The position numbers and the translations under genes are program-made. Below, in pieces: positions 18,868-29,483 of a stretch of 64,000 bases of DNA (within the stretch, counting starts at the first letter, position 1; every line of letters begins with the position of its first letter). The DNA comes from Candidatus Aenigmatarchaeota archaeon (GTDB lineage: Archaea; Aenigmatarchaeota; Aenigmatarchaeia; CG10238-14; SCSR01): assembly GCA_038999725.1 (NCBI GenBank), contig JAWBWS010000001.1, forward strand, positions 129,711 to 193,710, in the 5' to 3' direction. The notes below the pieces were generated by a model. The model did not search any database. It was not told the DNA's origin and saw only the letters and a program-made list of their open reading frames with translations.

Positions 18868-19110
18868 TCAATCGAAGAATTCTTTTAAAAGCCAGAGTAA
18901 AACTAAAACTACAGTTGAAATAAAACTTAAGAAACTTCCAACCATCAACAAAATTGCAGCCAAACCTTTGGGGTTAATTATTGATATTAAAAAGCCTATA
19001 AATAAGATACCTACACCAAAAACTATTCCAAGAATTGAAGAATTTTCTGCAGTTTCAAATTTGTTCTTACCTTTTACTTTTCCTATCAACATACCTAGCT
19101 CTAGCTTCAA
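18868..19110 (-). CDS. Small membrane protein, hypothetical
   Basis: Two predicted TM helices. Overlaps the 3' end of the Bud32 gene. Weak support. Confidence 0.2.
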   Translation of the reverse strand: MKLELGMLIGKVKGKNKFETAENSSILGIVFGVGILFIGFLISIINPKGLAAILLMVGSFLSFISTVVLVLLWLLKEFFD

Positions 19111-19702
19111 TCTCCTCCACCCTTTTTAAAACTTGTTCTGCATCTTTATATTCTTGTTTATATCCTTTAACTATATTTTCCCAACAGATATCTAAAATTT
19201 TAAAATGTGTTGACTTCAAAGCCTCAAAAAGGAGATTCAAATCAACTCCTTTATCTTCCATTCTTTTTGAGAAAAACCCAAGACCAAAATCTATGAAATA
19301 AATTTGATTATCTTTCAATATCATGTTTGAAGTTGTCAAATCTCCATGAATTATTCCAGCCGAATGAAGCTTGCCTATGAGCCTGCCAACTTCAAAAGAT
19401 ATTCTTTTAATATCATCTTCGCAAGCTTTTGAAAAGAATTCTTTTAATCTCTCCCCTTCGATAAATTCCATTATTATCTTAAATTTCTTATAATCAACAT
19501 CGATGATTGTTGGTGTGGGCACGCCGACCTTCCTAGCTTCTGTCAAAAGCTTTACTTCTTCATTTGTCCTTTCTTTTCTAAGCTTGACATCTATTTGTTC
19601 TATCCTGTAATTTTTCTTAATCCTCTCTTTGATAAGAACCTTTTTATCTTCAATTTCATCTAAGTAAAGAATTGCCTCAGCCCCCCGCTTCAAAATCTGC
19701 AT
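19067..19702 (-). CDS. bud32: Bud32/PRPK atypical protein kinase (KEOPS subunit)
   Basis: ILKRGAEAILY. Catalytic loop HGDLTTSNMIL. DFGLG motif. ~210 aa. Confidence 0.7.
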   Translation of the reverse strand: MQILKRGAEAILYLDEIEDKKVLIKERIKKNYRIEQIDVKLRKERTNEEVKLLTEARKVGVPTPTIIDVDYKKFKIIMEFIEGERLKEFFSKACEDDIKRISFEVGRLIGKLHSAGIIHGDLTTSNMILKDNQIYFIDFGLGFFSKRMEDKGVDLNLLFEALKSTHFKILDICWENIVKGYKQEYKDAEQVLKRVEEIEARARYVDRKSKR

Positions 19703-19735
19703 AAAAAGAAAATCATATGTTAAAAATAAATTCCT

Positions 19736-20689
19736 TTAAGGGTCTCTTATCCCCTCTTCAGTTATCTTAAATACAGCTTCACCCTCTGGCAATCCTGGAG
19801 AATCCACAAGCCTTGCTATCCTTGTTCCATCCTTCCCTCTTCTTAGGTATATCCTGTAAGTTGCCATGTGAGCCAAAATTGCTCCCCCTGAAGCTCTTAC
19901 AGGATCACCAAACATTACCGAGGGATCCATCAGGACTTGGTTTGTAATGTAAACTGCAAGGTTGTATGCATCTGCCAACCTCTGTAACATGTGTAGATGC
20001 TTGTTCAATTTTTGCTGTCTTGGAGCAAGTTCACCTCTTCCGGTAAAATCTGCTCTAAAGTGGGATGTTAGGCTGTCTATAACAATCAATTTGATATTTT
20101 TCTCTTCTATTATTTCATTTGCTTTTTCCACAAGGAACATTTGATGCTCAGAATTGAAAGCTCTAGCAACATAGATGTTGGATAAAACTTTTTCTGGGTC
20201 TAGATTTAAACTCTTTGCTATTTGAAGTATTCTTTCTGGCCTAAATGTGTTTTCTGTATCAATATATAGAACATTCCCCCCCAAACCACCTTTTTCAGGA
20301 GGCAATTGAACATTAACAGCAAGTTGAAAAGCTAGTTGGGTCTTGCCTGAACCAAATTGACCATAAGTTTCTGTTATTGCTTGAGTTTCTACTCCACCAC
20401 CCAAAAGATTATCCAAATTTTTTGATCCAGTTGTTATTTTTGCAACTTTAAGTCTTCTCTCTAAAATTTTATCAGCGCTTTCATAGCCAATTTCAAGTAT
20501 TTCTCTTATAGCATTTATTATCTTCGCTGCCTGCCCTTCACCAATTTCAGCAATTGCTGCAAGCTCACTTGGTGAAGCAACAGCTATAGCCATGGGGTCT
20601 GTGTAACCAACTTCTCTTAATTTTTGTGCTGTTTTTTCTCCAATTCCAGGGATATCCTCAAGTACTATCTCTTTTTTCTTCAATTTCAA
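19736..20689 (-). CDS. radA: DNA repair and recombination protein RadA
   Basis: N-terminal HhH ([15 protein letters not shown]). Walker [17 protein letters not shown]. Walker [13 protein letters not shown]. Confidence 0.9.
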   Translation of the reverse strand: MKLKKKEIVLEDIPGIGEKTAQKLREVGYTDPMAIAVASPSELAAIAEIGEGQAAKIINAIREILEIGYESADKILERRLKVAKITTGSKNLDNLLGGGVETQAITETYGQFGSGKTQLAFQLAVNVQLPPEKGGLGGNVLYIDTENTFRPERILQIAKSLNLDPEKVLSNIYVARAFNSEHQMFLVEKANEIIEEKNIKLIVIDSLTSHFRADFTGRGELAPRQQKLNKHLHMLQRLADAYNLAVYITNQVLMDPSVMFGDPVRASGGAILAHMATYRIYLRRGKDGTRIARLVDSPGLPEGEAVFKITEEGIRDP

Positions 20690-21680
20690 TCTCCCCTGCT
20701 AATCTTTTACTCTCTTCTATCACATTTAAATCTTTTGCTTCACTAACTATAAATTCTATCCTATTAAAAGCTATATTCTTTTTAACTCTACCTGTGAGTT
20801 GTAATTCTCTGCCCAAAAGCCATTGTTTAATTACCTCATATCTTTTTTCCTCATCCATTTCTTCCAATTCTTTTGCTGAAACTTGCAGAACTTTTTCAGC
20901 CTGATCTCTGAAAAAAACCGCCCTTATGTTTCCTGTTCCATCATCTACTATTGTTGTTATTAACAAGGCTTTTGAGGGTGAAACTTCACCATGTTGAGGG
21001 CAAAGAAGTTTTTGGTCTTTTTTTACAAGTGTGTTCTCACATTCTGGACAAACATCAAAAAAGAATTTTCCCTTAAAGATATGAACTACTGTTGCAACAA
21101 TTTCAGCTTTTCCTGGTCTAAGATCTTTTATTGCTACTCTATCAGTCTGCTGTAAATGTTTTTTTCTCAAATATTCAAGGCTTGGTAAACTTTCACACTC
21201 AATTTTATTTATAAACCCGTATCTTCCTATCGAAACTTCAATCCCATATATTCCTTCTTTTGCCAAACCATTTGTCACTTGAACAGAATCACCAAGCTTT
21301 AACTCACCTTCTTCCACAAGCTTTGCTTGATCATTCCATAATGGAATTCTCACAAAACCTGTATCATCACCAACAAAAATGTTAACAACCTTGCCAGAAG
21401 AGCCATCTTGCCTTTCAAAATTTATTATTGGGGTAATATTAAAAACTCTTCCAACAAAACTTACACTCTTCATTCCAGGCACTATGTTCTTAATTTCAAG
21501 TTCTCTTCTCCTCTTCTCAACCAAATCCAAACCAAGCTCATTTGCAACTAAATAGGCAGCACCCTCTTCTGTTAGCAAGTCTGAAAATTCTTCTCTTTTC
21601 TCCTTTATTTTTTTCATTAACTCTTCTCTACTTAAACCGGAAGACTTCTCCATCTCTAAAAGAAGCTCTTCTAAGCTCAT
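20658..21680 (-). CDS. rpa: Replication protein A-like ssDNA-binding protein (OB folds plus Zn ribbon)
   Basis: OB-fold-like segments. Zn ribbon reads [21 protein letters not shown]. Overlaps the radA start by 32 nt. Confidence 0.6.
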   Translation of the reverse strand: MSLEELLLEMEKSSGLSREELMKKIKEKREEFSDLLTEEGAAYLVANELGLDLVEKRRRELEIKNIVPGMKSVSFVGRVFNITPIINFERQDGSSGKVVNIFVGDDTGFVRIPLWNDQAKLVEEGELKLGDSVQVTNGLAKEGIYGIEVSIGRYGFINKIECESLPSLEYLRKKHLQQTDRVAIKDLRPGKAEIVATVVHIFKGKFFFDVCPECENTLVKKDQKLLCPQHGEVSPSKALLITTIVDDGTGNIRAVFFRDQAEKVLQVSAKELEEMDEEKRYEVIKQWLLGRELQLTGRVKKNIAFNRIEFIVSEAKDLNVIEESKRLAGEIEIEEKRDST

Positions 21681-21712
21681 AAAACTCTAATAATGAATAG
21701 AAAGAATAAAAG

Positions 21713-21919
21713 TTAAATCTTTCTTCTCGCTAGCCTAATATCTTCATCAAGAATAGTTTTTCTGCCAGCATGTTTCGCAAGTAAAGCTGCCTCCTTTGCT
21801 ATTTTGAATAACTCTTCTTCCATGATTTTTGCCATTTCGTCTAAAGCTGATTGAGAGACCCTCTTCGCACCTACTTTTTTAAAAATTCTTTCAAATGGTT
21901 GTTTTGGTAAAATAGACAT
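21713..21919 (-). CDS. Archaeal histone (HMf-like histone fold)
   Basis: 68 aa. PFERIFKKVGAKRVSQSALDEMAKIMEE...AKHAGRKTILDEDIRLARRK matches HMfA/B residue for residue in the conserved positions. Confidence 0.8.
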   Translation of the reverse strand: MSILPKQPFERIFKKVGAKRVSQSALDEMAKIMEEELFKIAKEAALLAKHAGRKTILDEDIRLARRKI

Positions 21920-21950
21920 GATTAGATTTTGTCAGCTTGAATATAAAAAT

Positions 21951-24371
21951 TTAAAATTTAAGTTCAAAAATCTTTACTTCTGGATTTGAATATTTGAGTT
22001 CAAAGTGCTTAAGTTTTGGTATGTCAAATTCTTCCACTCCATTGCCGTTGAAAAAGAACATGTTTGTGAATATCGCTCTCTCTATATTTTCATCCATGAA
22101 AATAACCACTCTAAAACTTGGGTCAACAAAAATTAGACCATTCAGCGTTGCATTCTCTATTCTTTGGTTTATTTGTTGACCTTGATAAAAGTATACCATA
22201 TCTTTGATTATTGCATTTCTTATTCCTTGCCAAGGAATGTTTAGAATGGCTATAAGCTTGTTATCTTTTTGAAGTAGAGAAATTATTCCATTACCATATT
22301 CCAAAATTCCTTTTTCCTGATTGTAATTTGTTAATCCTAGTTGAATGAAGTTTCTACCCTCACCCACCCCTTTTCTCTCATCATAACTACCAAAGAAACT
22401 GAGCCAATAGTATTTTCCTATTAAATCCGAGCTTGCTATCACATACATTTTGTCTGCTGGCTTACAAGGGTCTTCTTTGAGAATGTTATCATAGATTATA
22501 TCACCAAAAGTTTCTTTAACCTTTTTACATTGTTCTGAAGAAAGAAGGGTGTATTTCTTAAGTATCGCTACCGCCTCGGTTTCGTTGCTTGTCGAAAAAA
22601 CTCTGCCCATATCACTTATCCTAATATCGTGATTGTATATCACACAATCTTCTGCACAATGAGCACCATCCGCCATAACTTTAAATGGATTCCCTTTGTA
22701 ATAGCTATAGCCAGCTAAAATATGTCCAGGATCCCACCATGTTGCGACTATTGTGTCTTTATCACTATTGGCAACGAGCCAATCTAAAGCCTCATACCAA
22801 TTGTTGCTTATTTCCATCCCACTTACTTGACCAAGTTGAATTGAATTGGAAATGAAAAATAAAAGCTGAAAAATAAAAAGGGAAAGAATTAAAACCTCCA
22901 TCATCTTTTGCTCTTTCTTGTAGATGAGTAAAAAAGAAATCAAAGAAATTAATAGTAAAGCTGCTGTATCGATTATAGATTTAAGGAAAAACTGTTGTAA
23001 GAAAATAAGAGCGAACAACAATATCAGAAGTGTGATTGACGGATATTTTTTATAATTTGCTATCATGTACCCACCTGCAACAGCTGCTACAATTGAGAAT
23101 TGTAAGCTAAACCTTACCCCCCTTGAAATGAGTAAAAACATGCTTAAAAGCCAGAAGAAAAAGAAAATTTCCTCTATAGAAATCTTCTCTTTCTTCCATA
23201 TCTTATAAAAAGCTAGAGCAAAAATTCCGAAAGAGAGGGTTGTTGGTAAAAGGCCAATTCTACTTGCAACTGAAATAAAACCCTCTCTGCCCAAAATGTT
23301 TATTGGTTGAAGCTCAGCAACTGAGACATTCACTCTAAGAGGCTTCTCTGGAATAATCATAAAAGCAGAAAAGATGAAATAGAAGAATAATAAAGAACCG
23401 AAAAAAGTAAGGGAAAAATAAAATCTTTTAGAAGCAGATGTTTGCCTCCTAACTAGATTGAAAAAATAACAAACAAAAACTCCATTCCATACTAACAAAA
23501 CTAATAAAACAAACAACCTTATTACCAAACCCAAACCTGTGAAAGCTATTCCACCAAAGAAGGAAGTAAAAAGTGTGGAATTAAAAATGAAAAATGAAAT
23601 GATGTTGGTAAGTAGGGAAATAAGAAATATTGGCCAACCTATTGTATGAATTTCTTCAAATAATTTTCTGATGTTTAATTTGAAAGAAAAAGAATGAACA
23701 AATTCCTCAAAAATGCGGAAAAATGGCAAAATAAATGTGAAGACTGTGAATAAAATCAAAGTTATCCAGCCACCGCCCCAATTCCATACAAACAGTAAAT
23801 TAGCAAGAGTTGCGAACAGTATGTAAATTGGCTTTGGTTTTTTGAGAGCAAGCAAAGTAGCAAAAATCGAAAGAAAAAAGTAAAAAACAACTGGAGCATC
23901 AGAATCACAATAGCCTGCCATGCTCACGCCAATAAAAGAAGGTGTTAAAACTGCAAATAATGCTGTAACTATTCCACCAAAATTATTGCTCAATAGTTTG
24001 CCAAGTAAAAAGGCTGGAATTGGTATTAGTGCTACCATTAACAGTGGGGAGAGAATTGCTGATTGCATAAAATCTGTTGGAGAAAAAATATTCAAAAGCT
24101 TATGGAAAAAAACTATTGTGTAAGCCCAACCATGGAAAGGCGATACTGGTCTGCCTGGAAAAGAGAAACTTTGTATGTCCCACTTTGGCAACTTTAAACT
24201 GTTATCCAAAATCATCTTGGCATATCTGTAGAACCACCAGGGATCGTAATCAAGAACTGTTGGTGTACCTAAGCTTGGAGATCTTATCCAAACAGCTAAA
24301 TAAATAATTATGCACAAACTTGTTAAACAAAGAAGCATTTCTCCAAACTTATCTATTTTCATACCAATCAA
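21951..24371 (-). CDS. aglB: Oligosaccharyltransferase AglB (STT3 family)
   Basis: An ~13-TM N-terminal domain followed by a soluble C-terminal domain. WWDxG motif (TWWDPGHILAGYSY). 806 aa. Confidence 0.7.
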   Translation of the reverse strand: MIGMKIDKFGEMLLCLTSLCIIIYLAVWIRSPSLGTPTVLDYDPWWFYRYAKMILDNSLKLPKWDIQSFSFPGRPVSPFHGWAYTIVFFHKLLNIFSPTDFMQSAILSPLLMVALIPIPAFLLGKLLSNNFGGIVTALFAVLTPSFIGVSMAGYCDSDAPVVFYFFLSIFATLLALKKPKPIYILFATLANLLFVWNWGGGWITLILFTVFTFILPFFRIFEEFVHSFSFKLNIRKLFEEIHTIGWPIFLISLLTNIISFFIFNSTLFTSFFGGIAFTGLGLVIRLFVLLVLLVWNGVFVCYFFNLVRRQTSASKRFYFSLTFFGSLLFFYFIFSAFMIIPEKPLRVNVSVAELQPINILGREGFISVASRIGLLPTTLSFGIFALAFYKIWKKEKISIEEIFFFFWLLSMFLLISRGVRFSLQFSIVAAVAGGYMIANYKKYPSITLLILLFALIFLQQFFLKSIIDTAALLLISLISFLLIYKKEQKMMEVLILSLFIFQLLFFISNSIQLGQVSGMEISNNWYEALDWLVANSDKDTIVATWWDPGHILAGYSYYKGNPFKVMADGAHCAEDCVIYNHDIRISDMGRVFSTSNETEAVAILKKYTLLSSEQCKKVKETFGDIIYDNILKEDPCKPADKMYVIASSDLIGKYYWLSFFGSYDERKGVGEGRNFIQLGLTNYNQEKGILEYGNGIISLLQKDNKLIAILNIPWQGIRNAIIKDMVYFYQGQQINQRIENATLNGLIFVDPSFRVVIFMDENIERAIFTNMFFFNGNGVEEFDIPKLKHFELKYSNPEVKIFELKF

Positions 24372-24383
24372 TTAGTATTTCAT

Positions 24384-25553
24384 CTATAAAGATTTTAATC
24401 TAAGCTTCTCGTAAACTTCTAAGTGTTTTTTTACAGAATTTTCCCATGTAAATTTTTTAGTGTATTTTGCCCCTTCTTTTCCCATTCTCTTAGCTTTTTT
24501 CTCATCTATGAGAAGATTAATAATAGCTTTTGCAAGAGCCTTTGAATTTCTAGGTGGAACTAATATGCCTGTCTTACCATCGATTATGATTTCTGGGATG
24601 CTGCCAGCTTTTGTAGCAACTACTGCTTTACCACATCTTGAAGCTTCTGCATACATGAATCCAAAACCTTCTGCCACAGATGCACCTACCACAATATCAC
24701 ACATGGCATAAAATTTTGGGACTTCATTAAATGGCCTTTTACCTGTATAGATAACATACTTTTCAATCCCTAGTTTTTTGATTATGGGTTTAAGTTCTTC
24801 AAAACCAGAACCGCCAAGAACTAATCTAGCATCTCTTAAATGCTGAATTACATATTTTGTTGCTTCCAATAATATGGGAATATTTTTTGATTGTCCCACC
24901 CCTCTTATAGATAACCTTCCTGTGTATCCAAACAACCTATAATTTTCTAATTTCATTTTTTTTCTCAAATCACTTTTAACATTAGGGTGAAATAGTCTAA
25001 AGTCTATTCCATGTGGAATAACACTTATTCTCTCTTTTGGTGCACCGGCCTTAATCAAAGTTTCTTTAGAATAATTTGAAGGACAAGCAAACCAATCATA
25101 AGGTAAGGTAGCAATAAACCTTTCTACAAGTGGATAAACTTCTCTTTCAAAAAAATTTCTACCTATTTTCTTCCACAAATCACCAAACATTTCATGACAC
25201 CAAAGTAAACAAGGTCTTTTAGAAAGTTTAGCAACAAACCAGCCAAATGTTCCAGCAACGAAAGTATTAAACTGCAAAACATCCATTTTTTTTGCTAATT
25301 TTATTGCTGAAATTAAACCAGTTAAAGGAAAAAGTTGACGACCAGGAAATAGATAATGTTTAGAAAACAAAATGGGTGTTCGATGAATATGAATCCCTTG
25401 ATAGATTTCATAACCTTTTGTATTTGGTAGTTTGCTTGTAAGCCAATGAACCTCGTGTCCAAGTTTTACTAGTCTAGAAGCTAAATTTATTACATACGAT
25501 TCCCCACCGCCTATGTAGGGTGGCGCTAAGTCAGAGCAAATCATTATTCGCAT
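24384..25553 (-). CDS. Glycosyltransferase family 4 (GT-B, 'group 1')
   Basis: EX7E-type motif in GASVAEGFGFMYAEASRCGKAVVATKAGSIPEII. N-terminal MRIMICSDLAPPYIGGGE. Confidence 0.75.
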   Translation of the reverse strand: MRIMICSDLAPPYIGGGESYVINLASRLVKLGHEVHWLTSKLPNTKGYEIYQGIHIHRTPILFSKHYLFPGRQLFPLTGLISAIKLAKKMDVLQFNTFVAGTFGWFVAKLSKRPCLLWCHEMFGDLWKKIGRNFFEREVYPLVERFIATLPYDWFACPSNYSKETLIKAGAPKERISVIPHGIDFRLFHPNVKSDLRKKMKLENYRLFGYTGRLSIRGVGQSKNIPILLEATKYVIQHLRDARLVLGGSGFEELKPIIKKLGIEKYVIYTGKRPFNEVPKFYAMCDIVVGASVAEGFGFMYAEASRCGKAVVATKAGSIPEIIIDGKTGILVPPRNSKALAKAIINLLIDEKKAKRMGKEGAKYTKKFTWENSVKKHLEVYEKLRLKSL

Positions 25554-25628
25554 TAATTAAACCCTAAAGAGTAAATGTATTTACCCATTAAAATTTATTC
25601 TTCTAAAGTTTTTTAATAAAAATTACAT

Positions 25629-26186
25629 TCATTTTATCGCCACACCTTTTATATGGGGGAATGAGATTTTTGCTGGGCAAAAAATTGAAACTATTCTGGC
25701 AATAAAAACTAAAATTTTAAACAATACCTTGTTCTTAAGAGTTGTGGTCTTATCCTCAAACCACATGTAATCTGTTTTGATATTCTTAAATCCAGCTGCC
25801 AACAAGTGGTTTTTCAAATGTAATGGTGTGTAGAGAGCATAATGTTTATCTAGAACGCCCTCTCTTATTGAATTTTCATAGTGTTGCCTAGAATACAAAA
25901 ATTTAAGTGGAAAGTGAAAGACCCAACATCCAGCATTGTCTGTTATTATAACTATTTTTCCCCCCTTTTTTAATACTCTATGAACTTTTTTCAAAAAAAT
26001 ATTTGGATTTTTCAAATGCTCAAAAATGAATTTTGCATAAACTTCATCAAATGTGTTCTTCTTATATGGTAATTCATCTTCATCAACATTACATTTGATT
26101 ACATTTGGCCTTGAGGGATAAATGTCAATGAAATCTGTACCGTATGTATCATTCCCACAGCCTACATTTAGTATTCTTTTTCTCAT
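25629..26186 (-). CDS. Class I SAM-dependent methyltransferase (internal Met start at 26186 chosen)
   Basis: Motif I ILNVGCGND. Motif post-I DIYP. Reads VLKKGGKIVI. Confidence 0.5.
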   Translation of the reverse strand: MRKRILNVGCGNDTYGTDFIDIYPSRPNVIKCNVDEDELPYKKNTFDEVYAKFIFEHLKNPNIFLKKVHRVLKKGGKIVIITDNAGCWVFHFPLKFLYSRQHYENSIREGVLDKHYALYTPLHLKNHLLAAGFKNIKTDYMWFEDKTTTLKNKVLFKILVFIARIVSIFCPAKISFPHIKGVAIK

Positions 26187-26227
26187 AAACTCAACAAATT
26201 TAATTATAAACTTAAAATAGTTATTAG

Positions 26228-27865
26228 TTGATACTTGTGGGAAGAGAAATAACCATAGAAATAAAACATTTTGAGCTGATGGTCTTAATAGCTTTTTCTC
26301 TACTAGTTTTAACTCTAAACCTTCAAGTTGTTTTAAAGACACCAATAAATTTTGGTGATGAAGGCTTCCATACATATCTTGCTCAAAAAATTTGGGAAGA
26401 AAAAGAATATTTTGTCTGGGTGCCATTTGAAGGCACGAATTTGATTAAACAAGGTAATACACGTCCACCTTATTGGAATTTACTAGAAGCTGGTTTCTTC
26501 CTTATTTTCGGTTTTAGTGAAGGTGTAGTTAAGTTCTTGACACCATTCATTGCTATGCTTACTGGTATAGTTGTTTACCTTCTTGTCAAAAAACTTTTTG
26601 AGGAAAAAGTTGGCCTAATCTCGGCTATAATAGCAATAACAATCCCTTCTTTTGTCACTTATTCTGTCCTTTTCTACACAGATGTTCTCTTCACTTTCTT
26701 CACAACTTTGGCTTTTTTCCTTTTCTTGCTTTCGCAAAAAGAAAACAATAAAAAGTATTTCTGGCTTTCTGCAGTTTTTGCAGCTTTAGCTTTTTTAACA
26801 AAAATACCTGGAATCGCCTTTTATATTTTTTATGGTCTTGCTGCTTTGTATGAATTGGTAAAATTTAGGAAACCTTTAGAAACTTTTAAGAAATATTTGC
26901 CTGTTGTTGGTATTTTGTTGTTTGTGCCTGCAAGCTTCTTCATTAGAAATTACTATTACTTTGATACTCCATTTTGTTACAAAATCCCTTACATAGGAGT
27001 TTTTGATGTTTCTGGTTGTAGCATAAACAAATTCAAGAACCAGTATGAGTTTGCGGGTAGAGTAGAGCAAACTGGAACAGAAGCAAGTGTGTACCAAATT
27101 GGAATAATAAGCTACTTAGATTTCGCTTATGGCTCTCTTTGGCTTGTGGTTCTTGGTACAATAGGTGGATTTTTGCTATTGTTTGAAAAAAGAGATGTAG
27201 TCAGTATTTACACCCTTTTATTCTTGCTCCTATTCTTCTTACTTTTCCCATTTGTTGTTGGGAGAGCAGAAGATACTGCAAGATATACTTTGGGTTGGGC
27301 TCCTCTATTTGCTTTTCTTGCTGGTATATGGTATTCTAAAACTTATGAGTTTCTGGAAAAAACTCAAAAATATCTTGGTTTTCTTGTTTTACTTTTTGTC
27401 TTTTTCTTGAGTTACATGAATGCTTCAAACAAACTCAGTGTAATGGCTCAAGTTAAGCAGTTTTCACCAACTTTCTTTGAGGCTTGTAATTGGGTAAAGA
27501 CAAATCTTACAGAAAACGTGAGCTTGTATACAGTTTGGGCACATCGTGCCATTTACAATTGCCAAAGGAATGCTGTTGGTACTGGAACTGTGCCTGATAT
27601 AGCTTTAAGTAAAGATTTGAATAAAACCTTAGAAGCTGCTAAAGCAAATGGTATAACCCATATTTTCATACAAAAGTTTAGTATTGACCCTGCCAATCAA
27701 CACTATGTGGAAAGGTATGATTTGGGTTTCATCGAATTTTTAGAAGCTAACCCTGAACATTTTGTTAAAGTTTATGAGAATGGTGCTTCTCTTGAGGAAT
27801 GTAAACAATACTGGCAAGCTGGATATTCTTGTGACGGAAACATAATTTATGAGATAAAGTGGTGA
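26228..27865 (+). CDS. GT-C fold membrane glycosyltransferase (PMT/ArnT-like, GT39/GT83 family)
   Basis: ~11 TM helices. First-loop acidic motif GDEGFH. Large C-terminal soluble domain. Confidence 0.5.
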   Translation: MILVGREITIEIKHFELMVLIAFSLLVLTLNLQVVLKTPINFGDEGFHTYLAQKIWEEKEYFVWVPFEGTNLIKQGNTRPPYWNLLEAGFFLIFGFSEGVVKFLTPFIAMLTGIVVYLLVKKLFEEKVGLISAIIAITIPSFVTYSVLFYTDVLFTFFTTLAFFLFLLSQKENNKKYFWLSAVFAALAFLTKIPGIAFYIFYGLAALYELVKFRKPLETFKKYLPVVGILLFVPASFFIRNYYYFDTPFCYKIPYIGVFDVSGCSINKFKNQYEFAGRVEQTGTEASVYQIGIISYLDFAYGSLWLVVLGTIGGFLLLFEKRDVVSIYTLLFLLLFFLLFPFVVGRAEDTARYTLGWAPLFAFLAGIWYSKTYEFLEKTQKYLGFLVLLFVFFLSYMNASNKLSVMAQVKQFSPTFFEACNWVKTNLTENVSLYTVWAHRAIYNCQRNAVGTGTVPDIALSKDLNKTLEAAKANGITHIFIQKFSIDPANQHYVERYDLGFIEFLEANPEHFVKVYENGASLEECKQYWQAGYSCDGNIIYEIKW

Positions 27866-27961
27866 GATGATATTGTCGATTGATATTTATTGATTTTTAG
27901 ATAAAATTTTTGTTCTTCACTCTTTGTATCAGAATTAGATTGTTTTTTAAATGATAGTATA

Positions 27962-29470
27962 CTAAGTAAACCTTGAAATAAATTTAGCTAAAAATAATAT
28001 TTGTTTTTTGAATAAAGGGGATTTTGAAGCAAAAAATTCTAGAATTATAACATCTTCTTTAATGTAAAATTTTAGTAGAATTAAAACTTCTATATAAATT
28101 AATCCAGCTATAATAGTTAAAAAAATTCCAGCTAATAAACCTGAAGTGAAACTAGTTGTTACATATAGAAAACTAAAAGAAATTAAGCTTGCCAAGATTA
28201 ACTTTCCTATGCTTCCCCAAACCAATTTCACTTCTAGATTTTTTCTTATGTAATAAAAGCTAAGTAAAGTTAGAATTGTTGTTGCCAAAATATAAGCTAT
28301 AGCTAATCCTAAAGCCGAAAAAACCAAAATTAAAGGAACAGCAAAAATAAAAAATAAAAAAGTTGTGACAATTACTATATTTCTATTGATCTTTATTTTT
28401 CCTATTGCATAGAGATTATAAAGAAAAACATTTCCTAAGCCATAGACTACAGAACTTAAAGCTAAAATTGGAAATAGTTGAGATGCTGGTAAATATTCTA
28501 CTCTTGAAAAAATTAAAATTATTGGTTTAGAGAATAACATTAAAAATAAAGCTACTGGTAGAGCAAGAAATAAAGCATATCTGAAAACTAATTCTATTAA
28601 GTGGCTTACTTTCTTCTTTGAGTTACGGTCAATAGAAAGTTGAGAGGTTATTGGTAGCAAAGCTGAAGTTAGGGTTTGAGGTATTACTGTTATAGGATAT
28701 GTTAAAATCATTGCTATGGTAAAAATTCCAGTAGTTTCTGGGTTTTTAAGAATTGTTAGTAAAACGTATTGACCATTTAAAAATATTATCCAGGCTAAGT
28801 TCGCAATAAAAGTTGGTAAAGCATAGTCAAAGAAAATTTTTTTCTTGTTTATTTTTCCCAACATCCCTTTAAAAGGGATAAAGAAAAATCTAAGTAAAGT
28901 AATTACAAGAAATCCGATTAAAAATCCTACTAACGGTCCTAAATAGCCTAAACCAAAAAAAATTAGAATTGTGGATATCGAAACTTTAGCCAATTGCCCC
29001 CACCAATCTGTTTCTAAAAATATTTTCATATCTTGAAATCCGTAAATTATCGTCCCAAATTGAGTTGATAGGGAAATGATGAAAAGGGTTATAGCCGTCA
29101 GCCAAATTGCAATTAAGGGAGTTTTTAGAATTGATTGAAAGAAAGATGAAAAAGAAAACAGAACTAAAACAAAAAATAAATTGGAAATTAATATTACCTT
29201 AAGAGAGAACCTTATCAAAGAATTTATTTTTCCTTTTTGTTTTTTTGCTAAATATTCTGGTATTAATTTCCAGGTTGCGGTATTTAATCCAAGTAAACTA
29301 ACACCAGATAAAACTATTGCCAAGTTAACAGAAGTTGAAACTATTCCGTATTCTTCTGGCAACAAAGTTTTTCCAGCTATAGACCAATAGAGAAATCCCA
29401 TAGAAGTTAAAATAAGCCAATCTAGAAAAAGATAAACCGTGTTTGATATCAATTTTTCACTTACGCTCAT
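27962..29470 (-). CDS. Polysaccharide/oligosaccharide flippase (Wzx/MOP superfamily)
   Basis: A 502-aa protein with ~12-14 TM and no soluble domains, in a glycan-synthesis context. Confidence 0.5.
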   Translation of the reverse strand: MSVSEKLISNTVYLFLDWLILTSMGFLYWSIAGKTLLPEEYGIVSTSVNLAIVLSGVSLLGLNTATWKLIPEYLAKKQKGKINSLIRFSLKVILISNLFFVLVLFSFSSFFQSILKTPLIAIWLTAITLFIISLSTQFGTIIYGFQDMKIFLETDWWGQLAKVSISTILIFFGLGYLGPLVGFLIGFLVITLLRFFFIPFKGMLGKINKKKIFFDYALPTFIANLAWIIFLNGQYVLLTILKNPETTGIFTIAMILTYPITVIPQTLTSALLPITSQLSIDRNSKKKVSHLIELVFRYALFLALPVALFLMLFSKPIILIFSRVEYLPASQLFPILALSSVVYGLGNVFLYNLYAIGKIKINRNIVIVTTFLFFIFAVPLILVFSALGLAIAYILATTILTLLSFYYIRKNLEVKLVWGSIGKLILASLISFSFLYVTTSFTSGLLAGIFLTIIAGLIYIEVLILLKFYIKEDVIILEFFASKSPLFKKQILFLAKFISRFT

Positions 29471-29483
29471 TTGTATCCCTTTA

